NCBI GenBank assembly: GCA_002104945.1
Contig: MCFH01000047.1
Coordinates: 1 to 64,000 of the forward strand
From: Piromyces finnis finn
Taxonomy: Eukaryota > Fungi > Neocallimastigomycota
Length of the DNA: 64,000 bases
Reading direction: 5' to 3'
A program made the position numbers and the translations under genes. Shown here one piece after another: positions 26,896-41,270 of this stretch (position 1 is its first letter; each line of letters begins with the position of its first letter). The notes beneath the pieces are model-generated. The model searched no databases and was not told the origin of the DNA. It was given only the letters and a program-made list of their open reading frames with translations.

Positions 26896-29435
26896 ATGAA
26901 ATATTTTACATTATTCAGTGTCATACTACTAGCTTTAAAAGCATATTCTTCAAACACAGAAGAGTTAACTGAAAACTTTTTAGACCTTTTTGAAAACAAT
27001 AATAAGGCAGAACCAAATCCAAATGGACAAATTGTTCATTTAACTTCTTCTGATTTCGAAGAAGTAAATATTACACTTAATATAAATATATATAATAATT
27101 TATTATATAAAAACCAATGTTATATACATATATAAATAAAAGAAAGAAAAGATTCTGACTTTTGAATTTTTAAATATTTATTTTATTATATTAATTAGAA
27201 AACTTCTGATGATATGTGGTTTGTTGTAAATATTTTATTTCTTAAAATTCTCTATATAAAAGTATAATAAAGTAAATTTATATATAAAATGCTCACATGC
27301 TATGAATTATATATTTTATTGAAAAGATGTTCCATGCTCCATGGTGTGGTCACTGTAAGCAAGTAAGTACTAAATTATATTATTTTAGGAGAAAAAATAA
27401 GAAAATATTCCATAATAAAAACGTTTAATTTTTATATTTTCCATTTTTTTCACACTCTGTTATTAATTATTGTTTGAAATGTAGTTAGCACCAACTTGGA
27501 ATAGTGTTGCATATCATTTGAAGGGTCAAGTTAATGTAGGAAAAGTTGATTGTACTGCTAATGGAAGTATGTATAAATGTATAAACTAATATAGAATTAT
27601 AATTTTAGAATACTTTCAATTAACATAAATATTATCTAGAAATATGTCAACAAATGAATGTTCAAGGATACCCAACCTTAAAAGTGTAAATAAAATAATA
27701 ATAATAATTATAATAATAATAATATAATAATATTTATAATAGTTATTCTTATTAATTAATTAATTAATAAGAATTAATATCAAGGTTAAGAAATTAAAGA
27801 ATTAAAAAAATAATTATTTAATGTATAAAAAAAATTAAAAAATCTCAATGTATGTAATTATGAAAAATTTAAATTATCATAGTGTTCAAGGAAAAGAATC
27901 AACAGAATACAGAGGTTCTCGTCAAATTGATGAAATCTTAAACTTTGCTATTTCTTATACCTCGTATGTTTAAATTAATTTAATAATTTAAAAAAATTGG
28001 TAGTCACTTTAATTTTAATGTTATCATTAATATTATTTATATATATCCATATTATTTATTATTTGAAATCGAAATACTAATATAGTACTGCTTTAACTGC
28101 TATTGAAAATGATGATTTAGAAAAATTTGTTTCAAACAATGAAAATAATTATGTCTATTATTATGATAGTTCAAATCCAAATCTTAAGGATTTAGTATGT
28201 ATCAATTCTTAATATATTTTCTTTATATTGATATTAGTTCTAATATTTTTTCATATATATTTTAAAGAAATTATATCTTAATTCTGCTAGAGCCCATAGC
28301 AACTCCGGTGCTAAATTCCTTGTTACATCTGATACTCAAATATTAGAAACTTTAGGATATGAAAATGCTGATACTAAACAATCTAAACTTGTTTTATTAC
28401 AAGACCATAACACTAAGAAGATTCAATTCACCAAAAACTTAAGTAGTGAAAATGATCTTAATAAATGGTTTGCTGAAACAAAATATCCATTATTTACTGA
28501 AATCAGTAGTCAAAATAGCGAAGAAATTATGGATAATCATGATTTAGTTGTTATTAGTTTTATTGATGGTAATACTGTTCATTCATGGACTCCAAAATTC
28601 AGAGACATTGCCAGAAAGTGGAGAGCTTCTAAATTAGCTGATAATCATAATGTTGTTTTTACTTGGATTGATGGATCTAAATGGTCAAAATATATTTCAA
28701 AGGTTTATCACTTAGAACCAACTGATTTACCAAGAGTTATTTTAACAAAACCAGATGTAAGCAATTATATAGATAATATATAAATGATATATAAAATAAA
28801 ATTTATAGAATATAAAAATAGCAATAATATGTTTTATTTTTTAACAATGATATGAAATAATAATAAATTTAATATTACTTTTATTTTATTATTTTAATAA
28901 AAATAATATTAGACTGAACAATTTTATGACTATAGTAAGAATGGAAAATTAATTCATGAAGATGATATTAATGAAGTTCTTGAATCTGTTTATGATGGAA
29001 GCATAGAAGTAAGAAATACTTTTATATTTCAATATAAATTTTTTTTTTTCATAATTATTAACTTATTTTTATTAATAGCCAAAATATATTGATAAAGCAG
29101 TTACAAGAGCCTTAAAGGTAAAATAAATAAAATTTATAATTAATATTGTTATTTTGTAACTAAATTTAATATTCCTTTAAACTAAAATATAGAAACTTAA
29201 CAAGAAACTTAATGCCTTTGGAGTGAGTATTATTCATTTATAATTAATAATTAGTAAAAACAAATATTAACGATTAAAAATCAAATTTATTAATTAATAG
29301 GATATGATAAGTAATCATCCAATTATTTCTGCAGCTGTTATTATTGCATCATTTGTTGGTTTTATTTTATTCAGTATTTATATTATTCCATCAGATTATG
29401 AATCATACAACAAGATTGATTCTAAAACACAATAA
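26896..29435 (+). CDS. Protein disulfide isomerase-family thioredoxin protein with signal peptide and C-terminal TM helix (TMX3/Eps1-like), multi-exon
   Basis: Signal peptide MKYFTLFSVILLALKAYS. Spliced MWFV|MFHAPWCGHCKQ|LAPTW...VNVGKVDCT and QGYPTLK. Last exon has TM HPIISAAVIIASFVGFILFSIYII and ends ...KIDSKTQ* (TAA 29433-29435). Confidence 0.88.
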
Positions 29436-30046
29436 ATATAAAATGATTAATAAGAAAATTTAACTGTTATAAATTAAAAAAAAAAAAAAAAAAAAGAGAA
29501 AAGTTTATTAATTTAAAAATTAAGAACTTTGGTTTTAGATAAAATTCACATAGGAAAAAACTATTAATTCTCTTAATTAAACAAGAAATAGATATTAATT
29601 AAATGTAATGAATTGATATTTTTAAAGAAAAAGAAAATCTATTATAAAATAAATTTAATAAATAATATATTATTAAAAAAAATTTTTTTTTAATTAATTT
29701 TTTACTATTACAAATAAAATTTAATTGCTTTCAAACAATTAAAAGAGATTATCATTAATATCATATCATAAAAAATTAAAAAATTAAAAATACAATGGTA
29801 ATCATTTTTACATTTTATAATATATATTATGTACTATAATATATATATTTATTATTTATTAATTTGAAAAATAATTTTTATTATTTTAATTTTAATGAGA
29901 TAAAAAGCAATCTTTTTTTAGATTACTTATTTATTCATTTGTCGTTATAACGATTATTTAATTTTGTTATAAGGAAAAAAAAGTAATAATAAATAATTGT
30001 AATATTGTAATATAGAAATAATATTACATTATATCAATTTATTAAT

Positions 30047-31208
30047 TTATTCAGATTTTTCAGATTTTGGAAGGTTCATAAGTCTGTTTTCTTCAGAAAG
30101 TTCCTTAAGAGTTTCTAACATTTGATTTCTAACCTTTTCAAGAAGAGAATTAACATCTTCAGAAGTTAAACCTTCAGTTGGAACTGGTGGAAGAACTGTT
30201 GTTATTATTTTTAATATATATACATTTAAATATAAATAATTAAGTATTTTAAATATTTTTTTGCTTTTATTATATTATGAAGTATTATTTTAATAATTAG
30301 CAAAATTATAAATTATAATTACCCTTAATCTTTAATTTTCCTCCATCGTAGCTACGTTTAGAAGAATCATAAACACCGGCAGTTGGGTAGTTTGGTATAA
30401 CAATTGGAACAATTGGACATTGAGCTTGAACAGCTAAATGGAAACCACCTTTCTTGAATGGTAATAATTCTGGGGTTTTGAAATTAGAACGAGTACCTTC
30501 TGGAGCAATATTTACTGATAACTTGTTTTTCTTAATGTATTGAGCAGCTTCCTTCATAGTTTCAATAGCACTGGAACTGTTCTTTCTATCAATGAAATAG
30601 GAACCAGTAATAGTTACTTTTTGGTGTTAAATAATATTAATAATATTAATAATATATCAGTAAAATATACTATTTATTAATATTTATCAAATTTTTAAAA
30701 CTATTATTTATATTTACAATATTGGCCAAGAATTGGGTATTTTTTTAAAGATTTTTTACATAAGATAATACTTTTCTTTGGGAAGAAAGAACAGCTAATT
30801 TATTTATTCAAAATTATATTGATTAACATTATTGACTTTTAATAAGGAATATATATATATATTTACTTACATCATTAACATATCAAGAGAACTTTGATGA
30901 TTATACATGAATACACATGGTCTTGAACCTTTACCATCAACTTCTAAGTATTCCTTACCATCAATTTCAATATCTTCAAAACCAGAAACTCTTTGCCAGT
31001 ATTTACTGAATACAGTACGAATAACAGATCCATCTTGTGGATTACTAGTAAATTTTGATACTAATATAATTATAAAAGCACCGAAACAAACAAATAAATA
31101 ATTGAAAATAAAAGCTCCACATTTAATGTAGTATTTAACTATTGGAACATAGAAATAGGCTACAGTAAGAATAGCTGTAATAGCTGAAAGAATAAGTAAA
31201 CAACACAT
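30047..31208 (-). CDS. SLC1: 1-acyl-sn-glycerol-3-phosphate acyltransferase (LPAAT), multi-exon
   Basis: PlsC motifs NHQSSLD, FIDR, PEGTRS and LLPFKKGGFHLAVQAQCPIVPIV; N-terminal TM segments. Confidence 0.92.
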
Positions 31209-31528
31209 TTTATTTATAATTTAATGTTTGTTTTTTATTATTATTTAATTTAATTATTTATATTAAATAAATACTATTAAAATGAAAATATTTGTGAATA
31301 TTATATTGAATGTAATTTTTCATAAATTTTAATTTCAATGTTTAACAATATTTAAAATAAAAATAATTATATATAAAATATATAATAACATATTAGTATA
31401 ATTTATTATGTGTATTATGAAAAAAAAAATATTTATAGATTATAAAACCAAAGCATAGTATATAGTATATAAGTTAAATATTATTATTTTATTACTTTAT
31501 TACTTACGATTTATTAATATTCCCCTCT

Positions 31529-31566
<38 letters not shown>

Positions 31567-32639
31567 ATTCTTTCTTTTTACTAATTATATAATAAATATA
31601 ATAAAGCAGAGTAAAGAATTAAAATTTTGGCAATTAAATTTTTTATTAATTATTAAATTATCTTATTTCAATAGATTTTATTGGCTAAGTATCAATGATA
31701 TCATGTGATATCAAAATATACTTTTTATTATTATCCATATCCATATTTAATTAAAATGTCAATTTAATTTCAAATTTTTCCATAATGAAAGTTTAACATT
31801 TATTATTAATAAGCATTAAATGTGTATATATTATGAATTTTTATTTCTTCACAAAGCATAAATGTATAATAAATAAAAGAAATGTTATTGATATATAATC
31901 AAACAACAATTATATTGTTTATATAAAGTTATCATTTATGATACATATCTTGTTTTAAAATACATTAAAATTTTGTTATTTGAAGCTATTATTTTTTAAA
32001 ATTATTTATAAGTAATATGGTTGGAATACAATATTAATAATACTTTTTTTTATAAAATGGTATAAATATTTTGTATAAAATCATTCATTAATAAGTGAGA
32101 ATAATTAAAAAAAATAAATTAAATAATATAACAAATATAGAATATATTGTATACATTGAATTTCTTTAATTATTTTCTTTCATATATTTATCTTAAACAA
32201 ACATTTCAATTACATGAAATTAATTGTATTCATATTACATCTACTATTTATGAATTATATTTGAAATAAATAACGCATTACTAATGTAAATAAGTATATT
32301 AGTGATAAGATTGTCAGATTTTGTTTTTTTTTTTAAAAAAAAAAAACAGTTGAAATTTTATAGAAATTGGTAAATAATAGGAAATAAAAATAAAGTAAAT
32401 AAATAATTAATTTTATTACAACTATACATTTTAGGATGCGGCTACTGATCCTAATACTGAATGTATATTATTTTAGAATAACATCATTCATTTATATACA
32501 ATATAAAATCGTAAGTATAAAAATATTTATTTAAAATAATAAATTGTGAATGAATAATTAATAGTTTTTATAATATTTAATATTATGTCAATCATTATTC
32601 CAGTATCTTCAATTATAACCTTCATATATGATTTTTATA

Positions 32640-33036
32640 TAACGTAAGCAGCTTAAAGACTTATACAAGTGAGACAGTAGTTACTTTATTATCAACATTA
32701 TATCTAAATATATCAATTATTATTTATACTATAAAATCACCAATCACCATTTTCATCAGTGTAAATAATATAGATAATTAATCAATAACCAACATGTTTT
32801 TTGAATTAGAATTAGATTCAGATAGGTTAAATGAACTTGCTTACTATTATTATCACTGTTTTCAGTACCAGATAGACGAATCTTTGTAGATTTTAATTCC
32901 ATTAATTCTTCCATTTTCAGCCTTTTAAATAATTGTAAATAAAAATAAGCATTCATTAATAATTATTTCTTTTAATACTATCATAAAATCCTTAAACGAT
33001 AAAAATAAATTTTAAGGAAATATGATAGTATTTCAT
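32640..33036 (-). pseudogene. Decayed, internally deleted paralog of the CBM35-GH26-dockerin mannanase, inverted relative to the intact gene
   Basis: Minus strand 32921-32880 encodes AENGRINGIKIYKD versus [14 protein letters not shown] at 35260-35301 (32/42 nt identical). This is followed by tctggtactg, a linker remnant SESNSNS, an exact 18-nt dockerin match gatgaaaatggtgattgg (32757-32740 vs 36715-36732) and actactgtctca (vs actactgtttca). Stops and frameshifts throughout; the GH26 catalytic domain is absent. Confidence 0.7.
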
Positions 33037-34995
33037 AATTTAATTTTTATTAATTATTAAATAATATTTCATTTTTAAGTTTTTTTTTCTGTTTTCCATA
33101 ATTAATATAATTATATATTTTTTTTATATTGATACTTCTTTAAATATTAATTTTGGTATATTTCTGAATTTTCATATTTTTTTTATATGTATATTCTTTT
33201 TTAAAATTTTGTATAATAATTATGTTACATTAAAAAAAAAACAAATTAATATTTAATATAAATTTAAAACTTTATTTTTGTCAAAATAAAGTTTTAAAAT
33301 TTTGAAATATTTTCCTTGGAAGTTTTTGTTTTAAAATATAATTTCCATTATATAATAAATAAGATTGGACTTTAATTAACAATATCTCATAACATTTTTT
33401 TTTGAAACTGGATATAACAAGGTTTGTATTACATAAGAATTTTATAAAAATCCTCTATTGTAATAGTAATAAAATGTGTTATATATATAATAGAAAAAAA
33501 ATAGATATAATAAAAAAATATTATATTAGATTTTAATATTATGAATATTTAAATTGAAAATATAAATGATCTTAATAAAAAGTTATCCATAATTAATATA
33601 AATATAACAATTAAATATAAATAGATAAATTAATTTATCACATGATCATAGAAATATGATAAATACATTAATGTACTATATAAAATGTACTAAAAAAAAA
33701 CTACATTATAATCTATTCTAATATTACATTAATTTATGTTTATATAGCATTTATTATAGTAATATCAATTATATTATTAATTAAGGTTTTTATGTTCATT
33801 ATATTTCACATATTTTAATATGGTAATAGTGATTAAATTAGTCATATTTTTACAAATACATGTGATTATTATTATTAAAAAATAGGATAATGGTAGACAA
33901 TTACCATAATAATTCATAATTAGTTTTTTAATTATGAATTATTATGGTAATAGGATAACTCATTTAAATTACATTTCATTATTAATATATATATATTTTT
34001 TTTTAAAAAAAAGGAAAAAAGTTAATAGATAAGTCAGCTTATTGATTATATATTATATTATATTTATCTTTTTATGTAGATAAAAAGGTTGTACTAATAA
34101 AACCAACTAGTAAATTATTTCAGTACAAATATTACTTTCTTTTGTACATATATATATTTATAAAAATATTAAAAATTTCCATTAAATATTAAAATAATCA
34201 TTTGCATTAAAAAAATAATATAATAATAATATTTTTAGTTTTTTAATAAAATAATAACAAGAAATTTAATATTAAATATATTATTTTATTTATTATAAAT
34301 TTATTATCATGACTAATTTTATTATAGTTTTAAATTATATTAGTTGTAGATCATTAATAGTAATATTAAAATTTAAAGTTTAATATCTTTAAGATTTTTC
34401 AAATAATTGAAATTAATAACTATCTGCAATTATGATAATAATGATATTTATTCACTACTTATTATTGTTGAAATTAAAATTATCTTTTATAAATTTGTTT
34501 GTTTTCCTTTAAAAAATAAAAATTATTTTGATGAATGTTAATTTTTTTTATAAAATATTATTGTTTTATATTTATTTAAAAAGATTATTTAAAAGAGATA
34601 TTATTATCTACAAAAAATATTATTTTATATTTTCAATAATTATATATCTATTAATTCAACTATAATTATTACTTTAAATTAATATATAATTTTATTATTA
34701 TAAAAAATTTATATAATACAATATAAATTTTTAATTGGGATGTTTTTTTTTAAATTAATTTTTATACAGTTTAATTAAATATAAATTAATTATATATTAA
34801 AATATATTATTGTAATTAAATGTATTGTTTTTATTACATTACATTACATTACAAAAAAGCAAAATATTTAAAGCATAATATTTTCTTCTTTTTGTTTAGA
34901 GGATAAATTGTCTCATAAAAGTTTTAATATAGTTAAAAAGAAGAATAAATTAAGTTAAATATCTTTACAAAGAAAGTTTGAAGAATTAAAAGAGA

Positions 34996-37029
34996 ATGAA
35001 AACATTAAATATAGTTTTTACTATATTATCTTTGATAATAAGCGTATTATCTAAAAAAGGTGAATAAAAAATAAATGTATATAAAAAATGATTTAAAAAA
35101 ATATTTTATTAATTTTATGATTAATTTTAAATTATACAAAAAAAAAATCCACATACTTTAAATATATAAACGATATAAATGTAATCAAAAAAATAATAAA
35201 ATTGAATATTTAAAATATTTAATCATTTACAATTAATGAAATAAATAGTTTACTATGAAGCAGAAGATGGTAAACTTGATGGAATTACTGTCTATAAAGA
35301 TCTTTCAGGATTTTCTGGTACTGGTTATGTTGGTAGATTTGAAAATCCAGGAAATTCAATAACAGTAACAGTCAATGCACCATCAACTGGTATGTATGAT
35401 TTATCTATTATATACTGTGCTAATATGGGTCAAAAAATCAATACTCTTATGGTTAATGGTCAAAGTGCAGGTGATGTTACATTCACTGAAAATAAAAAGT
35501 TTGAATCAAAAGATGTTGGTGCTATTTATTTAAATAAAGGAAAGAATACTATTGGTCTTGTAGCTTCATGGGGTTGGATGTGGGTTGATGCTTTTGTTAT
35601 TAATGATGCTCCAAATGCAGCTAAAGATGTTACTTCTAAACTTAGTTCATCATTAGTAAATCCAAAAGCTATTCCAGCTGCTAGAAAGCTTTATGACTTT
35701 TTAAAATCTAATTATGGTAAGAGAATACTTTCTGGTCAAGTTGGTGCTGCTGGTAAAGCTGGTGATGAAGGTCAAGAATTCCAACGTATTAAGAATGCTT
35801 CTGGAAAATTACCTGCTGTTTGGAATATGGATTTCATTTTTGAATCAAATGATTGTACTTGGAGACCAGAAAATCCAGATATTACTGAAATGGCAATTAA
35901 TTGGTGGAAAAAGTATGAAGGAAAAGGTATTATGGCAGCTCAATGGCACTGGAATATTGCTGGTAAAACTGGTAATTTTGCTTTTTACAGTAAGGATACA
36001 ACATTTAGTCTTGAGAATGCAGTAACTAAAGGTACTTGGGAATATGAAAAGATTATTAAAGATATTGATCGTGTTTCAGGTCATATAAAAAAGTTACAAG
36101 CTGTTAATATGCCTTTAATATGGAGACCTCTCCATGAAAACAATGGTGATTGGTTCTGGTGGGGTAATAATCCAAAGGCTTGTGCTAAATTATGGAAAAT
36201 CTTATATGAACGTATGGTTAACTATCACGGTTTAAACAATTTAATTTGGCTTTGGAATGGTAATAATGATGAATATACTCCAGTTGACTATATTGATATT
36301 ATTGGTGTTGATATTTATGCTAATGACCACGGACCACAAACTACAGCATTCAATACCCACTTTGATTTCTATGGAGGAAAGAAAATGGTTGTTTTATCAG
36401 AAAATGGACGTATTCCAGATATTCAACAATGCGTTGATCAAGATGCTTGGTGGGGTTACTTCCAAACTTGGAATAGTGAATTTATTTTACAAGAATCATA
36501 CCATACTAATGCACAACTTAAAGAATACTTTAATCATGAAATTGTTATGAATATGGATGAATTACCATCATTTAATGTCAGTAGCTACAATGGTGACAGT
36601 AGTAATACAGGTTCATCTGGATCCAACTCCAATTCAGGAAATTCATCCTCATCTAAATGTTGGTCTACCGAATTTGGTTTTCCATGTTGTAAAGGAAATA
36701 CCATTGTTTTCACCGATGAAAATGGTGATTGGGGTGTTGAAAACAATAATTGGTGTGGTATTAATAGTGGATCAACTACTGTTTCATGCTGGTCTGAAGC
36801 TTTAGGTTACCCATGTTGTGAAGGCAATGTTGTTATAACATCCGATGAAAATGGTGATTGGGGTGTTGAAAACAATGATTGGTGTGGTATTAATAGTGGA
36901 TCAACTACTGTTTCATGCTGGTCTGAAGCTTTAGGTTACCCATGTTGTGAAGGCAATGTTGTTATAACATCCGATGAAAATGGTGATTGGGGTGTTGAAA
37001 ACAATGATTGGTGTGGTATTTTAAATTAA
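34996..37029 (+). CDS. manA: Cellulosomal endo-beta-1,4-mannanase: signal peptide - CBM35 - GH26 - linker - 3 fungal dockerins (CBM10-type); exons 34996-35059 and 35249-37029
   Basis: Exon 1 [21 protein letters not shown] splices in phase to VYYEAEDG, upstream of the listed ORF start. GH26 motifs [15 protein letters not shown] (acid/base) and VLSENG (nucleophile). Three CW...GYPCC...[13 protein letters not shown] modules. Very close to the Piromyces ManA sequence as I recall it. Confidence 0.95.
36748..37020 (+). repeat. Perfect 129-bp tandem duplication of the linker+dockerin module inside manA
   Basis: Sequence at 36781 recurs identically at 36910, and 36841 at 36970; identity runs to about 37020. 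Confidence 0.93.
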
Positions 37030-37578
37030 AAGAAGTAACTATCAATATTTATGAAATTGTATTATCTATATGGACTACAATATACACCTAATATAATATT
37101 ATAAATTTACATTTATGATAATATTAAAAATAGAATGTATTGAAGTTGTAAATTTTAAATGTTTATAACAAATAATACTAAAATATGTATATTTTAAATT
37201 CTTTTTTTTTTTAAAAAAAATAATATATATAAATGTTTTTATGACTTTTTCAGTATTTAATTATTAAATCAAATAAAACCATATTAATAATAATAATAAT
37301 ATATATTTAAATTAATGTGTTAGTTTTATTAAGTTGTAGTGATATACATTTTATATATTACTACAAAACTATAATTTTTTATTTTTAATTAAAAAAATAA
37401 TGTAAAAAAGTATTTATACAATTAAAATATGATAATAATTTACAATAATATTATTCAAATAACAGATAGATATCAAACATTTTTATTTATAAAATGTAAT
37501 ATAAATATTTTCTTTTTATATATTATTTTACACATACTTTTATCATTGTTTAATAATCGTAATAAATAGTGAAAATAA

Positions 37579-38941
37579 TTATTTTTGCTGTTGTTGAAAG
37601 GAATTTTGCATTTTTAGGGTCTGCTGTTGAGTAAATTGAAATGATATCGGTTGATTTTGTTTTGGCGATGATATAGATGATTGTGTTTGTTGCTTGCTTT
37701 GTTGTTGATTTTGATTTTCAACTGGTGTTTTTTCTGAAGGTTTAATATATTCTGGTTTACCCCAACCTTCTGGCGCACTCCAATTATTAAAGAGCATTGG
37801 CCTTTTTGTTACCTGAGGTCTTGCATCATTAGTATCTGAATGAGGTAATTGTGTTGCATGATCTTCTACTTTTGATCCAGTTTCACTATTCGCTGAACTG
37901 GCTGAATTACGATTATAAAGATAAGGGGGAGGAGCATTTGATGTTGGCTTAACTACAACAAGATTTTTTAATAATATCTGATCAATATAAATAATGTAAT
38001 ACGGAACATTGAAAAAGGTATTTCTAGCATATTCACCAGATGAATTTCCTATTCTTTTATCAAATAAGATAAGAAAAGTGTAAAATATAACAAATGGAAT
38101 TGAGCATAAAATATATCCACTTGAAATCATAATTCGATATTGGGATATTCTACGGAATTTTGTTAAAAAACTTTGATTTCTCATAATTTCTTTATATTTT
38201 AAACAAAAACGAGTTCGGATATTATAAAAAATAGTTGCATGATAAAATATGGTAGTAAATGAAATAAGAATTAAAATAAGATGTCTTTTTTCATAAAAAT
38301 CAGGTGATTTCATTTCTGAATTGGTGGTAAAAGGTGTAAAAATATAAAGACCCATATACATTAATTTTGAAATATTTATTAACATACAGGTAATTTTAAT
38401 ATATCGACAAGTTTTATCCTGATTTATAATTAATAGCATAGGATACCTTTTTTTTTTTTTTAAGAAATATTTAAATATTTATTTTTAAAATAACAAAATT
38501 TAGATTATTAAATACATATAAATAAATTTTAAAAATAATACATAATTATTTACTTACCAATCTCCTACAATTTGAGCAGAATATTTAAAACAGGTATATA
38601 ATACTTGAGACATAAGCCAAACTCCTTTTGAAGCATTATCTTTATAATTTTTATATTTTAAAATTCTATTTTAAAATAATTAAATTTATATTTATATTTA
38701 ATAAATAATATTAATTCTTACTTTCATCATAGTTATCATAATAATTTCCCATCATATAAAATATAGATGATAGTGAAGAAAATATCCAATGAATCATAGC
38801 AATTAATACTGATGGTGTTGACCAGTTTTTCCTATGAAGAATGAGTACAATGAGTGCCCAATAAAAGTATGATATTGATACAGGAGCTGTTAAACTCTGT
38901 ATAACTACAAGAAGTTTATGCGTAAATGAAGATGCTGTCAT
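37579..38941 (-). CDS. Seven-TM membrane protein (GPCR-like topology) with Gln/Ser-rich cytosolic tail; 3 exons
   Basis: Spliced protein has seven hydrophobic segments, with motifs IVGD|WYP, FLTKFRRISQYRIM and YIIYIDQILL. Tail is low-complexity. Confidence 0.7.
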
Positions 38942-39218
38942 TCTTTATTATAATTTGTATTTATTTATTTCGAAAATTAGGGTATAAATATTTATTAAAT
39001 ATAAATATTAATTTCATATATAGTTTTTGATTATTATTTAGAAATTAAATTTTTAATTTTATATAAAATTAACTCAATTAAAATTATTTTTATGAAAACA
39101 TATATTTTCAAATATAATTTATTACTGTCATTCAAAAAAATAATGAAATATTGGTATAATAAATGATATATATTATGAGTATATATAGTAGTGATGAGAA
39201 ATACATTAATATGGCAAT

Positions 39219-39277
<59 letters not shown>

Positions 39278-40161
39278 CAATAAAAATTAAGCAAATACTT
39301 TATATTTGTTTAATTTCTGAATTAACAAATATATATTTATATTTTTAACTTATGATTAATATATAAATTAAATTATTATATATTCTCCGTAAATTTTATG
39401 TAATTAATGATTAATTATTATTCAAAAAGTGAAGAAAAAATAAAAATAATTGAAATTCGTAAAATTGTTATTTTAATTGTTCTTTTTTTTTTTTTTAATG
39501 AATTTTCGGATAATAAAAATAGAGTTTTCTAGCTGAATTACATTTACAAAAATATATATACACAATATATGTTAGCAATTTAAGAGTTTTTTTTTTTTTT
39601 TCTAAAAGTATTCTATTATAACATTTTTAAATATATAATCTTTAATTTAGATAAATAATATTTATGTAATAAATATTTTGAGAATTAAAAAAAAAAAAAA
39701 AAAAAGAAATTATTCTAAATTATACATATTAATTTTAAGTCTCCATAAACAACTTTATTTTCTAAAAAAAATCACTATTTTTTAAATTTTAATTTACTAT
39801 AAAATATTTCCATAATTTTAATATAGTAAATATATATAATTTATCATTTATTAATTGTTTAATAGGTAATAATATATTATATATTGTAAATAGATATTTT
39901 TAAAAAACAGATATTTTAGTAGTAATTATTAATTATTATTAATTATTATTGATAAAAATTTTTAAAGGAATAATAATCATAATATCTTATTAACATTAAT
40001 ATTAATTATAATGAATTTATCATTATTATTAAATTTATTATTTTTATTTTTATTATTGTTATTGTTATTTTTTATGTATGTGCGTATATTTCTAAATTAG
40101 AAAAGAAAAGAAAAAATAATAATAAAAGTAGAGGTATGTAATACATCTTTTGATTATTCAT

Positions 40162-41270
40162 CTAACAAGCACAACCACCTTGTGGTGCTTCATCATCATT
40201 CATATGAATAGTTCCTGGAGTTTTATTTTGTTGCTTTTGCCATAAAGATGGGGTTTCAATAATCTTATTAAATTATTAATAAAGAAAAAAAGAATTAATA
40301 TATATTGTTTATAATATATAATTAATTTTATAAAACCAATGTGGAGTGGAATAAAAAAAATGTTATTTTTTTTTTATAAATAATACCTTTCTAACAACTT
40401 CTATAAAAGCATCTTTAACACCGGTCTTAGTTTTAGCAGAGGCTTCAATAAATAGAGTACCCATTTTTCTTGCAAAGGCTTCACCTTCTTTTCTCGAAAC
40501 TTCTCTGCTACCGCTAGATTCTTTATCAACTTTGTTGCCAACAATCATTTTTATAACTTCTTGACTTGAAGAATATGTATCTAATTCATTAAACCATAAA
40601 TTTAAGTGTTCAAATGTAGCACGGCTAGAAACATCATAAACTAATATTTAAAATTTTCAATTTTATTGTTAGATATATTAAAAATTAAAATCGGTACAAT
40701 AATAATTGTAGTGATAATGACTATATATATATAATACAAAAAATATATTTATTTTTATATTTTTTTCATAATAAAAAAACAAGTTCAATAAATATACCTA
40801 ATATAACACCTTGTGCACCTCTATAGTAACTAGAAGTTAAAGTACGGAAACGTTCTTGACCTGCAGTATCCTATAAAATTAAATTTTAAAATTTAATAAA
40901 TACTTATATTTAAAAATAATAAAATATGAATTTTTATTGATTTTACCCAAATGGTTAATTTGTATTTACTTTCATCAATATCAACTACTTTAACCTTGAA
41001 ATCAACACCTTTAATAATTATAAATAAGAAAAAAAAAAAGATTAATATTTTACAATTTTAATATAATTTTTTAATTATTTTTTATTTATTCAATTTGATA
41101 TATTTCTTAATGTATTAATAATAAATACCAATTGTGGCACTGACTTCATCTGGATGAAGCCAAGTATCATCAGTGAAACGTAATAATAAAGATGATTTTC
41201 CTGTTCCAGAATCACCAATAAGTAATAACTTAAAAGTAGCAGCTATTTCTTTATCTGGAGTTGGTGGCAT
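40162..41270 (-). CDS. RAB18: Rab GTPase Rab18, multi-exon
   Basis: [20 protein letters not shown]|GVDFKVK, IW|[33 protein letters not shown]; C-terminal GGCAC* prenylation signal. Confidence 0.93.
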
